A DNA stretch of 46,461 bases from an uncultured Actinomycetes bacterium (lineage in GTDB: Bacteria > Actinomycetota > Coriobacteriia > Coriobacteriales > RUG033). Position 1 is the first letter of the stretch. Every line of letters starts with the position of its first letter. The notes below the pieces were generated by a model, which saw nothing but the letters and a program-made list of their open reading frames with translations, did no database searches and was not told the DNA's origin. The stretch spans positions 1-46,461 of the forward strand of contig OMWF01000116.1 of the NCBI GenBank assembly GCA_900314665.1, in the 5' to 3' direction. A program made the position numbers and the translations under genes. Shown here piece after piece: positions 19,120-29,078 of this stretch.

Positions 19120-20361
19120 CTACCCTTCAGCCGCCTGCACGTCGGCGGAAGTGCGCACGGGCTGACGCCAGCGCCGCGGCGGACGGTAGGCCGGGCAGGG
19201 GTACGTGCGCCACTCCACCTCATCGAGGATGCGCTCCACCCATTCGTCGTGGGGCAGCGCCTCCCAGGCCTCCAGAACCCGGTCCAAGCGGGCGTGCGTC
19301 TCGGGGTTTCTCGGCATGAAGAGCGTGCAGCAATCGGCATGGTCCTGCACGGAGATGTCGTAGGTGCGCAGCTTGCGGGCCTCGGCGATGATCTCTTGCT
19401 TGTCATTGCCGATGAGCGGCCGCAACACGGGCATCGAGACCACCTGGTCGACGGCGGCGATGTTGTCGAGGGTCTGGCTGGCCACCTGGCCCAGGCTCTC
19501 GCCGGTGGCCAGCGCCTTGGCGTGCTCGATGCGGGCGATGCGCTCCGCCACCGCAAACATCAGGCGACGGTAGAGGATCACACGCAGGTCGGGATCGCAC
19601 GTAGCGGCGATCTGCCGCTGGTAAGACCCAAACGGCACGACGTAGACGCGCCCCAGCCCGGCGGCTGGCGCCAGGGCGTCGGCAAGCTGGTCGACAATCT
19701 CCTCGCTCGAGGCCGAGGTCTCGGGACGCCCCGAGAAGTGCACTCCCACGGCCACCGCGCCCCGGCGCATCAGGCGCCAGGTGGCGACCGGCGAGTCGAT
19801 GCCGCCCGAGAGCAGGCAGCAGACCTTGCCCGACGAACCCACCGGCAGGCCCCCGACGCCCGGATCGCTCTCGGCGTAGACGTAGGCGCTGCCCTGCACG
19901 ACGTCCACGTGGACCTTGGCGTCCGGGTCGCGCATGATGATGGCCTTGTCAGGCGCAACCTCGTGCAAGTACGAGCCCACATCGCGGTTGAGCTGCATCG
20001 AGTCGATGGGGAAGTCCGTGTTTGAGCGACGGGCGATGACCTTGAAGCTGGCGCACGGCTCGCAGCCAGCCAAGGCCAGGGCGGCCGCCCGGTTGATGTC
20101 GTCCATGGTGCGCGCGGTGCGCCACCCCACCGAGCAGCGCGCCACCCCCGGGGTCTGGCGAATCAGCGCGGCGATGTCCTCGATCTGCTCCTCACTCGTG
20201 ACCTCCACCAGCAGGTGTCCCGAGATGCGGCGGACGTCGCTCACTGCATACGGAGAGAGGACCGCCTTGAGGTTGTCAACCAGGCGGTGCTCAAAGACTG
20301 CTCTGTTACGGCCCTTCAGGCCCAGCTCATGGTAGTGGACGAGACAAACGCGCTCGAACAA
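19120..20361 (-). CDS. thiI: tRNA 4-thiouridine(8) synthase ThiI (THUMP plus PP-loop)
   Basis: N-terminus HYHELGLKGRNRAVFE and PP-loop LLSGGIDSPVA. TTG start 2 nt after the rpoZ stop, with AGGAG inside the rpoZ 3' end. Confidence 0.9.
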   Translation of the reverse strand: MFERVCLVHYHELGLKGRNRAVFEHRLVDNLKAVLSPYAVSDVRRISGHLLVEVTSEEQIEDIAALIRQTPGVARCSVGWRTARTMDDINRAAALALAGCEPCASFKVIARRSNTDFPIDSMQLNRDVGSYLHEVAPDKAIIMRDPDAKVHVDVVQGSAYVYAESDPGVGGLPVGSSGKVCCLLSGGIDSPVATWRLMRRGAVAVGVHFSGRPETSASSEEIVDQLADALAPAAGLGRVYVVPFGSYQRQIAATCDPDLRVILYRRLMFAVAERIARIEHAKALATGESLGQVASQTLDNIAAVDQVVSMPVLRPLIGNDKQEIIAEARKLRTYDISVQDHADCCTLFMPRNPETHARLDRVLEAWEALPHDEWVERILDEVEWRTYPCPAYRPPRRWRQPVRTSADVQAAEG

Positions 20362-20363
20362 GC

Positions 20364-20624
20364 CTACTGCTCCTGCGCGTGGAGGGCCTCGGCGTCATAG
20401 GAGACCTCGCCGCGGGCGATCTCCTCCATGGCCAGGGACAGCGGCTTGCGGCTGGAGAGCTCGGCGATCTCGCTCACGCTCTGCAGGGCGACGGCGCGCT
20501 CATGCTGGCCGCGCATCATGTCGTTGATGTCGCGGGCGCGCTTGTACGCAAGGGTGCAGAGCAGGAACTTGTCCTGCTCGGTCTTGTCAAGAAGGGTGTT
20601 GATATCAGGCTCGACGATCGACAT
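20364..20624 (-). CDS. rpoZ: DNA-directed RNA polymerase subunit omega
   Basis: 86 aa with DKFLLCTLAYKRARDIN...PLSLAMEEIARGEV. Position after gmk is canonical. Confidence 0.9.
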   Translation of the reverse strand: MSIVEPDINTLLDKTEQDKFLLCTLAYKRARDINDMMRGQHERAVALQSVSEIAELSSRKPLSLAMEEIARGEVSYDAEALHAQEQ

Positions 20625-20627
20625 TGA

Positions 20628-21224
20628 CTAACGCTCCTCACTGCCGCGGGCGCGCGCCTCCATGAGGGAGACGAGCTCATCGCTGGCCCGGGTGATGTCA
20701 TCGTTCACGATGACGTAATCGTATTCGCTGCGCCGTCCCATCTCCGTCCGGGCGTTGCCGAGACGGACCTGAACCTCGTCGGGGGTCTCGGTGCCCCGTC
20801 CGATCAGACGCCGCTCAAGCTCCTCGAGCGACGGCGGGGCTATGAAGATCAGGCAGGCGGCCGGATAGCTCTGACGCACCTGCATGGCCCCTTGCACGTC
20901 AATCTCAAGGATGACCTGATAGCCTGCGGCGATATGCTCCTCGGCCGGACGGCGCGGAGTGCCGTAGAAATGGTCGTGGACCTGGGCCCACTCCAGCAGC
21001 CCGCCCTCATCGCGCAGCTTGATGAAGGCGCCCTCCGTCATGAAGTGGTACTCGCGGCCATCGACCTCATGCCCGCGCGGCGCCCGGGTCGTGCAAGATA
21101 TCGAGTTCCATGCCCCCTGAACTTGAGGAAGGGCACGCTCGAGGAGCGTGCCCTTCCCAGCTCCCGAAGGCCCGGAGATCACAAAGAGATTGCCTTTGCG
21201 GCCGCGGATATCCTCAGGCTGCAT
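20628..21224 (-). CDS. gmk: Guanylate kinase
   Basis: GNLFVISGPSGAGKGTL P-loop, TTRAPRGHEVDGREYHF, and the right length. Confidence 0.95.
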   Translation of the reverse strand: MQPEDIRGRKGNLFVISGPSGAGKGTLLERALPQVQGAWNSISCTTRAPRGHEVDGREYHFMTEGAFIKLRDEGGLLEWAQVHDHFYGTPRRPAEEHIAAGYQVILEIDVQGAMQVRQSYPAACLIFIAPPSLEELERRLIGRGTETPDEVQVRLGNARTEMGRRSEYDYVIVNDDITRASDELVSLMEARARGSEER

Positions 21225-21227
21225 CGG

Positions 21228-21536
21228 TTACTTGAAGCGAGCGAGCAGCTCTTCGCGCTGGCGCTTGCCGAGGCCCTTGACGCGGCGGCTCTCGGAAATC
21301 TGAAGCTCCTCCATCACCTTTGCTGCGCGGACCTTGCCGTAATCAGGCAGGCTCTCGAGCAGGGTGCGGACCTTCATGCGACCGATGATGGGATCGTCAG
21401 CCTGATCGAGAACCTTCTTGAGGCTCATCTCGCCAGACTTGATCTTCTTCTGAAGCTCAGCACGCTCATGACGAGCCTGGGCGGCCTTTTCAAGCGCCTT
21501 CTTACGATCTTTGTCCGACAGCGTGGGAAGTGGCAT
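21228..21536 (-). CDS. mihF: Integration host factor, actinobacterial type (MihF)
   Basis: Trimmed to ATG 21536 (MPLPTLSDKDRKKALEKAAQAR...) with GAGAGGAGG upstream. C-terminal LPDYGKVRAAKVMEEL...RRVKGLGKRQREELL. The pyrF-mihF-gmk-rpoZ order is conserved in Actinobacteria. Confidence 0.8.
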   Translation of the reverse strand: MPLPTLSDKDRKKALEKAAQARHERAELQKKIKSGEMSLKKVLDQADDPIIGRMKVRTLLESLPDYGKVRAAKVMEELQISESRRVKGLGKRQREELLARFK

Positions 21537-21604
21537 CGTCGGAGCCTCCTCTCTGATAAAACAGGTAACCCCTATGGCTCCCTGCAGCGAATCATGCTTT
21601 GCGT

Positions 21605-21632
21605 ATGATAGCGCACCAAAACCGAGGTGCAA
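21605..21632 (-). promoter_or_regulatory. Candidate sigma-70-type promoter for mihF-gmk-rpoZ
   Basis: On the minus strand: TTGCAC (21632..21627), 16 nt spacer, TATCAT (21610..21605). About 60 nt upstream of the mihF ATG. Confidence 0.35.
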
Positions 21633-21845
21633 GCAGGTTCAAACTCCGCACGGTGTAATTTTCCCTGCAAACATCTTTTCTCGGCTGCAACTGGCAAGAT
21701 ATCTCATTTATGCAGGTAAATCGTGGTTTTCCGTGAAAGGCCTTGCAATTCTCTCCCAATTGTGCAGGTACAAGCCTTATCCACGGCTCCAACCAGCAGT
21801 TTTTCTGGCTCCAGAGGGGAGACGAGACACCTGTCTCAAGCCTCC

Positions 21846-22598
21846 CTAGAGGGCTGAAGCAACCTCCTCCACGATGGCGTTGAACGCGGACAGGGGGTCT
21901 GCCGACCGGGTGATGGGACGCCCCACCACCAGGTGCGAGGCCCCGTCCCCGATGGCCTTGGCCGGCGTCGCCACCCGTTGCTGGTCGTCGCTTGCCGATC
22001 CGGCCGGACGCACTCCGGGGGTCACGACCAGGGCGCCCGGGCCCAACGCCCGGCGCATGAGCGAAGCCTCCCGAGGCGAGCAGACCACCCCGTCGAGGCC
22101 TGCCCCACCTACCAGCCCGGCCAGGCTCCGGACCTGCTCCGCCGCTGTGCGGGAGACGCCAACGCTGGCAAGGTCCTGGTCGCTCATGCTGGTGAGCACC
22201 GTGACCCCGATGACCGCCGGCCGGTCGACCCCGGCGCGGCGGCCCGCGTCTCCGGCGCTCGCCCCGGCCAGGGCGGCGCGCATCATCTCCGCTCCCCCGC
22301 TGGCATGCACGGTCATGAGTTCGGCGCCCACCTGGGCAAGCGAGCGGGCCGCCCCCTCCACCTGATGGGGGATGTCATGGAGCTTGAGGTCGACGAAGAC
22401 CTTGAATCCCTGCTCGCGCAGGCGACGCACGACCAGCGGGCCGGCCGAGTAGTAGAGCGTCATCCCCACCTTGAGGAAGGTGGCGGTCCCAGCCAAGCGG
22501 TCTGCCAGGGCGTACGCCTCATCCTCCGAGCAGTCCAGGGCCACGATGACGCGATCCGCCGGGGCGGTACCAAGCGCCGCTGCCGCTCCCTCTAGCAT
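21846..22598 (-). CDS. pyrF: Orotidine-5'-phosphate decarboxylase
   Basis: Trimmed to ATG 22598 ([22 protein letters not shown]), which overlaps the pyrD stop. [19 protein letters not shown] and VHASGG are OMPdecase motifs. The 399-aa track ORF is an upstream read-through of the pyrD shadow frame. Confidence 0.9.
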   Translation of the reverse strand: MLEGAAAALGTAPADRVIVALDCSEDEAYALADRLAGTATFLKVGMTLYYSAGPLVVRRLREQGFKVFVDLKLHDIPHQVEGAARSLAQVGAELMTVHASGGAEMMRAALAGASAGDAGRRAGVDRPAVIGVTVLTSMSDQDLASVGVSRTAAEQVRSLAGLVGGAGLDGVVCSPREASLMRRALGPGALVVTPGVRPAGSASDDQQRVATPAKAIGDGASHLVVGRPITRSADPLSAFNAIVEEVASAL

Positions 22599-23512
22599 TG
22601 CAGGCCTCCGATCAACTCGTTCACGTCCGTCACGCCCTCTGCCCGGCAGAAGTCCTCGATGCCCTCTATGACCTCGGCGGTAGCGCGCGGGTTGGAGAAG
22701 TTGCCGGTACCCACCGCCACCGCGGTGGCGCCGGCCAGCATGAACTCGACCGCGTCGGTCCCGGTGCGGATGCCGCCCATCCCCAGGATGGGCAGGCTCA
22801 CGGCCTGGTGCACCTGCCAGACCATGGCCAGGGCCACCGGCTTGATGGCAGGGCCGGAGAGCCCCGCCACGGGGCGGGAGGTACGGGGACGCCGTCGGTG
22901 CGCGTCGATGGACATGCCCTTCAGGGTGTTGATCAGCGAGACGGCATCGGCCCCCGCCTCCTCCACCGCGCAGGCGATGGCTGCCACGTCGGTCACGTTG
23001 GGGGTCAGCTTGACGATGAGCGGCCGGGCGGTGCACTCGCGGCACGCGCGCGTCACCTGCGCGGCAAGCACCGGGTCGGTCCCCAGCGCCAGGCCGCCGG
23101 CGTCCACGTTGGGGCAGCTGATGTTGACCTCGTAGGCGGCGACCCGCGGCTCCCGCTCGAGGCGCTCGATGACCGCCACGTACTCATCGATGGAATGTCC
23201 GGCCACGTTGACGATCAGGGGGGTGGTGAAGCGGGAGAGCCAGGGCAGCTTCTGCGAGCAGAACGCCTCCACCCCCGGGTTTTGCAGCCCGATGGTGTTG
23301 AGCAGGCCCGAGGGCGTCTCGGCGATGCGAGGATAGGGGTTTCCCTTCCAGGCGACGGCGCTCACCCCCTTGGAGGTGATGGCGCCGAGGGACTCCAGGT
23401 CCACGAAGTCGCCGTACTCCTGCCCGATGCCAAAGGTGCCCGAAGCGCAAGTCACCGGGTTTTTCATCTCCAGGCCGCCCAGGTTGACGGCCAGCTTGAC
23501 CTCAGAGCTCAT
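22592..23512 (-). CDS. pyrD: Dihydroorotate dehydrogenase B, catalytic subunit (class 1B)
   Basis: [37 protein letters not shown] and LPILGMGGI. Paired with pyrK upstream. Confidence 0.9.
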   Translation of the reverse strand: MSSEVKLAVNLGGLEMKNPVTCASGTFGIGQEYGDFVDLESLGAITSKGVSAVAWKGNPYPRIAETPSGLLNTIGLQNPGVEAFCSQKLPWLSRFTTPLIVNVAGHSIDEYVAVIERLEREPRVAAYEVNISCPNVDAGGLALGTDPVLAAQVTRACRECTARPLIVKLTPNVTDVAAIACAVEEAGADAVSLINTLKGMSIDAHRRRPRTSRPVAGLSGPAIKPVALAMVWQVHQAVSLPILGMGGIRTGTDAVEFMLAGATAVAVGTGNFSNPRATAEVIEGIEDFCRAEGVTDVNELIGGLQC

Positions 23513-24437
23513 CCCACGCCACCTCCGAAGCGTCCATCACCGGGCCGTCGACGCAGGCCCGCAGCGACTCGCCCGAGCGCTGGGGGACGATGCATGACAG
23601 GCAGGCGCCCACCCCGCAGGCCATCAGGCGCTCCATGCTCACCTCAGTGGGGATGCCGGCGGCCACCAGCGGCTTTGCGCAGGCCCGCATCATGGGCGTC
23701 GGACCGCAGACCGCCGCGTACTCGTAGCGCCGGCCCTTCTCGAGCAGGCGCTCAAGCGGCACCGAGGCAAAGCCGTGGTCGCCCTCGCTGCCGTCATCGG
23801 TGGCGATGAGCACCTGCGAGGCAACCGCCTCCGCCCGCCGGCGGGCGAGCAGCAGCTTCTTGGTGGCCGCCGCCACGATGACGTCGACCTTGGTGCCGGC
23901 CGCCGCCAGCACCTCGGCCAGCGTTGCCAGCGGAGCCATCCCCAGGCCGCCGCCCACGAGCAGCGCCGTCTTGGGGACGCCGGCAATGACCCCCGACTGG
24001 GTCCAGGCCCGGCCGAGGGGACCCACCAGGTCTGCCCCCTCGCCCGCCTCCATCCGGCTCATCAGGTTGGTGGAGTTGCCCAGCACCTGGTAGACAAGGT
24101 CGATACGTCCCGTCTCGGGATGGGTCTGGTAGATGCTGATGGGCACCCGCAGCACCGAGTCGCGCTCTTGGAGAAGGCGCAGGTTCACAAACTGGCCCGG
24201 CAGCGCCATCTGCGCGGTGAGGGGTGCCGCCAGGGTCATCATGAAGTTCTTGCCCGCGAGGTGCGTGTTGGCGGTCACCAGGCAGGCCTCGAGCACGGGG
24301 CGGGCGCGACCGGGAAGCCAGCCGCACTCGTACTCGTCGCTCATCGATGTGCCCAGATCTCCGGCACCGAGGTCGGAGAAGGCCGTCATCTGGGAGCGAA
24401 GTCCGTCCAAGCTCCCCGGCATCGCGCTGTCGCTCAC
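23502..24437 (-). CDS. pyrK: Dihydroorotate dehydrogenase B, electron-transfer subunit (FAD / 2Fe-2S)
   Basis: C-terminal [13 protein letters not shown] cluster motif and [11 protein letters not shown] nucleotide-binding motif. GTG 24437 overlaps the carB TGA (GTGA). The true start may be an internal ATG (for example MSDEYE at about 24344). Confidence 0.85.
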   Translation of the reverse strand: MSDSAMPGSLDGLRSQMTAFSDLGAGDLGTSMSDEYECGWLPGRARPVLEACLVTANTHLAGKNFMMTLAAPLTAQMALPGQFVNLRLLQERDSVLRVPISIYQTHPETGRIDLVYQVLGNSTNLMSRMEAGEGADLVGPLGRAWTQSGVIAGVPKTALLVGGGLGMAPLATLAEVLAAAGTKVDVIVAAATKKLLLARRRAEAVASQVLIATDDGSEGDHGFASVPLERLLEKGRRYEYAAVCGPTPMMRACAKPLVAAGIPTEVSMERLMACGVGACLSCIVPQRSGESLRACVDGPVMDASEVAWDEL

Positions 24438-27400
24438 TTGCGCACCATCTCCTCAGGGGTGGGCTTCGCAGGCTCCCACTGGTCCAGGTCCTGCAGGGCG
24501 TGCGGCTCGAGCCTGCCGTCCTGCGCGGCGGTGATGGCCAGGACCATGGCGTTGGCGGCGCTCATGGTGGTCACATAGCAGATGCCGTAGCGCACGGCGG
24601 CGCTGCGCAGCTGGTAGCCGTCGGAGCGGGTCTCCTGCCCGTAGGGCGTGTTGACGATCAGGTCGACCTCGCCGTTGGCCACCCGGTCGAGGATGTTGGG
24701 CCGGGCCTCGCTGGCTTTGTTGACCGCTTCGACGGGGATGCCGGCCGCCTTGAGCGCCCGGGCGGTCCCCTCGGTGGCGATGAGCGAGAAGCCGAGGTTC
24801 TTCAGGTCGCGGGCTACGTGCAGCACCTCGCGCTTGTCGTCGTCGTTGACGCTGATGAAGGCCGTGCCGCCGGTGGGCAGCGAGTAGTCGATGGCGAGCT
24901 CCGCCTTGGCGTAGGCGGCTGGGAAGTCGTTGGCGATGCCCATCACCTCGCCGGTCGACTTCATCTCGGGCCCTAAGATCACATCGGCGCCGGGGAAGCG
25001 CCCGAAGGGCATGACCGCCTCCTTGACCGAGTAGTGGTCGAGCGTCCGGTCCTCGGGGGGCAGGTGCAGGTCGGCGATCTTCTCGCCCGCCATGATGCGG
25101 GCCGCGCACTTGGCGAGCGGGACCCCCGTGGCCTTGGAGCCAAAGGGCACCGTGCGGCTGGCGCGAGGGTTGACCTCGATCACGTAGATGGTCATGTCCT
25201 TGATGGCAAACTGGACGTTGACCAGGCCCACCGTGCCCACCGCCAGGGCCAGCTTGCGGGTGCACTCGCGCAGGGCGTTGACCAGGCGGGTGGAGAAGGT
25301 GAAGGGGGGCGTGCAGCAGGCGGAGTCGCCCGAGTGGATGCCCGCCTCCTCGATGTGCTCGAGGATGGAGCCCACGTAGACCTCGGTGCCGTCGCAGAGG
25401 GCGTCCACGTCGCACTCGATCGCGTCCTCCAGGAAGCTGTCGAGGTAGACCGGGTGGTCGGGGGTCACCTGTGCGGCCTCGGTCAGGTGCTTCATGAGGT
25501 AGGCCTCGTCGTAGGCGATGACCATGCCCCGCCCGCCCAGCACGTAGCTGGGGCGCACCAGCAGCGGATAGCCGATGCGGGCGGCCACCGCCTTGGCCTC
25601 GTCGGGGTCGTTGGCCACGCCGGAGGCGGGGTAGGCGATCTTGAGGTCGTCGAGCAGCGCCGAGAACTTATCGCGGTCCTCGGCCAGGTCGATGGCCGCG
25701 GGCTTGGTGCCCATGATGGTGACGCCCTCGTCCTCGAGGCTCTGGGCGAGCTTGAGCGGGGTCTGGCCGCCCAGGGTGACCACCACGCCGTCCGGGTGCT
25801 CCACGTCTACGATGTCCATCACGTCCTCGTACGTGAGGGGTTCGAAGTAGAGGCGGTCGGAGGTGTCGTAATCGGTTGAGACGGTCTCCGGATTGCAGTT
25901 GACCATGATGGTCTCGTAGCCCATGTCGTGCAGGGCGTAGGCGGCATGGACGCAGCAGTAGTCAAACTCGATGCCCTGGCCGATGCGGTTGGGGCCGGCG
26001 CCCAAGATCATGGCCTTGGGCTTGTCGCAGGGCTTTATCTCGGACTCGGTGCCCTCGTAGGTCTTGTAGTGGTAGCTGGTGCGGGCCTGGAACTCGGCGG
26101 CGCAGGTGTCGACCGTCTTGAAGGTGGGCACCACGCCCAGCTCCTTGCGGCGGGCGCGCACGGACTTCTCGTCAGAGCCGGTGAGGTAGGCGATCTGCAC
26201 GTCGGACAGGCCGGTCTCCTTGGCGAGGCGCAGGTCCTGCCTGGTCAGACCGGGCAGGCGCTTCAGGCTCACCAGGTGCTCGACGTCCACGATGTGCTGG
26301 AGGCGCCCCACAAACCAGGGGTCGACCCCGGTGAGCCGGCTCACCTCGTCCACCCCGTAGCCGCGGCGCAGGGCCTCGGCCATGTAGTAGATGCGCTCCT
26401 CGGTGGGGGTGGTGAGCTTGGTCTTGAAGTGGGTGTCGTCAAAGGAGTCCTTGCCGTCGGCGCCCAGTCCCGCGCGGCCGTTCTCGAGCGAGCGCATGGC
26501 CTTGCCCAGGGCCTCGTCGAAGGTGCGGCCGATGGCCATGGCCTCGCCCACGCTCTTCATGCGGGTGGTGAGCGTCTCGTCGGTGCCGTGGAACTTGGCA
26601 AAGGTGAAGCGCGGGACCTTGACCACCACGTAGTCGATCGAGGGCTCGAAGCAGGCCGGGGTGGCCTTGGTGATGTCGTTCACGATCTCGTCGAGGGTGT
26701 AGCCCACCGCCAGCTTGGCCGCCGCCTTGGCGATGGGGAAGCCGGTGGCCTTGGAGGCCAGGGCGCTGGAGCGGGAGACGCGGGGGTTCATCTCGATGAC
26801 GATGAGGCGCCCGTCCTTGGGGTTGACGGCAAACTGCACGTTGGAGCCGCCGGTCTCCACCCCCACCGCCTCCAGGATGGCCAGCGAGGCGGTGCGCATG
26901 TGCTGATATTCGACGTCGGTCAGGGTCTGGGCCGGGGCCACCGTCACCGAGTCGCCGGTGTGCACGCCCATCGCGTCGAAGTTCTCGATGGAGCACACCA
27001 CGATGCCGTTGCCGGCCTTATCGCGCATGACCTCCATCTCGTACTCTTTCCAACCGATGATGCTCTCCTCCACCAGCACCTCGTTTTCAGGGGAGAGGTC
27101 GAGGCCCTGGGCCACGATGTCGCGCAGCTCCTGGATGTTGTAGGCGATGCCGCCGCCGGCGCCTCCCATCGTGAAGCTGGGGCGCAGCACCACCGGAAAC
27201 CCGAGCTCGGAGGCGATCTTCTCGGCATCCGCCACCGAGTAGGCGTAGCCGCTGCGGGCGCAGTGCAGGCCGATGCCCTCGATGGTCTCGATGAACCTCT
27301 TGCGGTCCTCTCCGCGCTCGATGGCGTCCAGCGAGCAGCCGATGAGCTCCACGCCGTGCTCGGCCAGGTAGCCGCTCTTGGCCAGCTCGACCGCCGAGTT

Positions 27401-27688
27401 GAGGCCGGTCTGACCGCCCATGTTGGGCAGCAGGGCGTCGGGCTTCTCGATCTCGATGATCCTCTTCAGGAACTCGGGGGTGATGGGCTCGACGTAGGTG
27501 CGGGTAGCGACCGCCGGGTCGGTCATGATGGTGGCCGGGTTGGAGTTGACGAGCACCACCTCGTAGCCGTCCTCCATGAGCACCTTGCAGGCCTGGGTGC
27601 CCGAGTAGTCGAACTCGCAGGCCTGACCGATGACGATGGGGCCCGAGCCGATGAGGAGGATCTTCTTGATGTCGTCGCGACGAGGCAT
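24434..27688 (-). CDS. carB: Carbamoyl-phosphate synthase large subunit
   Basis: 1084 aa. Duplicated ATP-grasp halves with an MGS-like C-terminus. N-terminus [26 protein letters not shown]. Confidence 0.97.
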   Translation of the reverse strand: MPRRDDIKKILLIGSGPIVIGQACEFDYSGTQACKVLMEDGYEVVLVNSNPATIMTDPAVATRTYVEPITPEFLKRIIEIEKPDALLPNMGGQTGLNSAVELAKSGYLAEHGVELIGCSLDAIERGEDRKRFIETIEGIGLHCARSGYAYSVADAEKIASELGFPVVLRPSFTMGGAGGGIAYNIQELRDIVAQGLDLSPENEVLVEESIIGWKEYEMEVMRDKAGNGIVVCSIENFDAMGVHTGDSVTVAPAQTLTDVEYQHMRTASLAILEAVGVETGGSNVQFAVNPKDGRLIVIEMNPRVSRSSALASKATGFPIAKAAAKLAVGYTLDEIVNDITKATPACFEPSIDYVVVKVPRFTFAKFHGTDETLTTRMKSVGEAMAIGRTFDEALGKAMRSLENGRAGLGADGKDSFDDTHFKTKLTTPTEERIYYMAEALRRGYGVDEVSRLTGVDPWFVGRLQHIVDVEHLVSLKRLPGLTRQDLRLAKETGLSDVQIAYLTGSDEKSVRARRKELGVVPTFKTVDTCAAEFQARTSYHYKTYEGTESEIKPCDKPKAMILGAGPNRIGQGIEFDYCCVHAAYALHDMGYETIMVNCNPETVSTDYDTSDRLYFEPLTYEDVMDIVDVEHPDGVVVTLGGQTPLKLAQSLEDEGVTIMGTKPAAIDLAEDRDKFSALLDDLKIAYPASGVANDPDEAKAVAARIGYPLLVRPSYVLGGRGMVIAYDEAYLMKHLTEAAQVTPDHPVYLDSFLEDAIECDVDALCDGTEVYVGSILEHIEEAGIHSGDSACCTPPFTFSTRLVNALRECTRKLALAVGTVGLVNVQFAIKDMTIYVIEVNPRASRTVPFGSKATGVPLAKCAARIMAGEKIADLHLPPEDRTLDHYSVKEAVMPFGRFPGADVILGPEMKSTGEVMGIANDFPAAYAKAELAIDYSLPTGGTAFISVNDDDKREVLHVARDLKNLGFSLIATEGTARALKAAGIPVEAVNKASEARPNILDRVANGEVDLIVNTPYGQETRSDGYQLRSAAVRYGICYVTTMSAANAMVLAITAAQDGRLEPHALQDLDQWEPAKPTPEEMVRK

Positions 27689-28996
27689 CTACCTCGCCTC
27701 CTTTGCGAGGATGGAGGAGCTGGAGAGGTACTCGCGCTCCATGCGGTTGCCGGTGGTGTTGATGTCGAGGAAGTCCGACCGCCCGTCCATGAGCCTGCAG
27801 AACGCCTCGAAGAGGTAGCTCGCGTCGGAGGGGCCGGGGCTCGCCTCGGGGTGGTACTGGACCGAGAACACGGGCTGGTCGAGGAAGGCCATGCCCTCGG
27901 CGGTGCCGTCGTTGAGGTTGACGTGGGTGAGCTGGATGCGGCCGTAGCGCTCGTTGTTGACCACCGGTGCGATCCGGCGCTCGCTCCAGAAGCGCAGGTC
28001 ATCGTGGTGGGAGGACTCGCCGCCGGAGAGCTCGGGGACGATCGGCCCCATCGAGGAGAAGACCTGCCCGAACCCGTGGTTCTGGGAGGTGATCTCGACC
28101 ACCCCGGTGCGCAGGTTCATGACCGGCTGGTTGCCGCCGTGGTGTCCAAAGGGCAGCTTCTCGATGGCGCCGCCGGCCGCCAGGGTGATCATCTGGTGTC
28201 CCAGGCAGATGCCGAAGATAGGCTTCACGCCCACCAGCTCGCGCACCGTCTGGTAGGTGGTCTCGACCGGCTCGGGATCGCCCGGGCCGTTGGAGAAGAA
28301 GACCCCGTCGGGCTCTCGCTCCAGAATGTCTTGGGCCGGCGTGTCCCACGGCACGCGGGTCACCTCGCAGCCGCTCATCTGCAGCCCGCGCAGGATGCCG
28401 CGCTTGAGCCCGCAGTCCACGGCCGTCACCCGGTAGCGGGGCGTGGCCGACGGTCGGCCGTCGCGGTCGAGGGCCGGGAAGACCTCCACCGCGGGATGGC
28501 TCACCTCTCCCGCCAGGTTGCGGCCCACCAGGGAGCGGCTGGCCCGCGCCTTGGCGAGAAGGCTCTGGTCGTCGAGGTCGACCGTGGAGATGACGGCCCG
28601 CATGGCGCCGTGGTCGCGGATGTGCCGGGTGAGCTCGCGGGTGTCCACCCCCTCGATGGCCACAATGCCGGCCTCCTCGAGAAGCGCCGGCAGGGTGGAG
28701 GTGGCCCTGAAGTTGCTGGGCGTGTAGCACATGCTGCGCACCACCAGGCCGGACAGGAAGAGTTTGTCGTTTTGGAGGTCGGCGTCATTGACCCCGTAGT
28801 TGCCGATGTGGGGGTAGGTCATGGTCACGATCTGCCCGGCGTAGCTGGGGTCGGAGATGACCTCCTGGTAGCCGGTGAGCGAGGTGTTGAAGCAGACCTC
28901 GCCCGCCGACTCGCCCGCTGCGCCGCAGGCCCATCCCTCAAAGCAGGTGCCGTCTTCCAAGACGAGCTTTGCCGGAGTGCTGTACTGCTCTGCCAC
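27689..28996 (-). CDS. carA: Carbamoyl-phosphate synthase small (glutaminase) subunit
   Basis: GYQEVISDPSYAGQIVTMTYPHIGNYG and GICLGHQ, a class I amidotransferase Cys. GTG start. The stop abuts the carB ATG. Confidence 0.95.
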   Translation of the reverse strand: MAEQYSTPAKLVLEDGTCFEGWACGAAGESAGEVCFNTSLTGYQEVISDPSYAGQIVTMTYPHIGNYGVNDADLQNDKLFLSGLVVRSMCYTPSNFRATSTLPALLEEAGIVAIEGVDTRELTRHIRDHGAMRAVISTVDLDDQSLLAKARASRSLVGRNLAGEVSHPAVEVFPALDRDGRPSATPRYRVTAVDCGLKRGILRGLQMSGCEVTRVPWDTPAQDILEREPDGVFFSNGPGDPEPVETTYQTVRELVGVKPIFGICLGHQMITLAAGGAIEKLPFGHHGGNQPVMNLRTGVVEITSQNHGFGQVFSSMGPIVPELSGGESSHHDDLRFWSERRIAPVVNNERYGRIQLTHVNLNDGTAEGMAFLDQPVFSVQYHPEASPGPSDASYLFEAFCRLMDGRSDFLDINTTGNRMEREYLSSSSILAKEAR

Positions 28997-29078
28997 GTGC
29001 TGCCTTCTTTCAATCAGAAGTCGTTTGGGCCGGTGCTCGATGCCGGGCGCCCCTCAGGGCGCGCCGGCGACGCAGTGC

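Noticed and set aside
21592-21792. 66-aa minus-strand ORF and 112-aa plus-strand ORF (21511..21849) in the pyrF-mihF spacer.
   Set aside because: They are Cys/Arg-rich with odd composition, have no SD, and lie in an AT-rich promoter-like region. They are probably non-coding.
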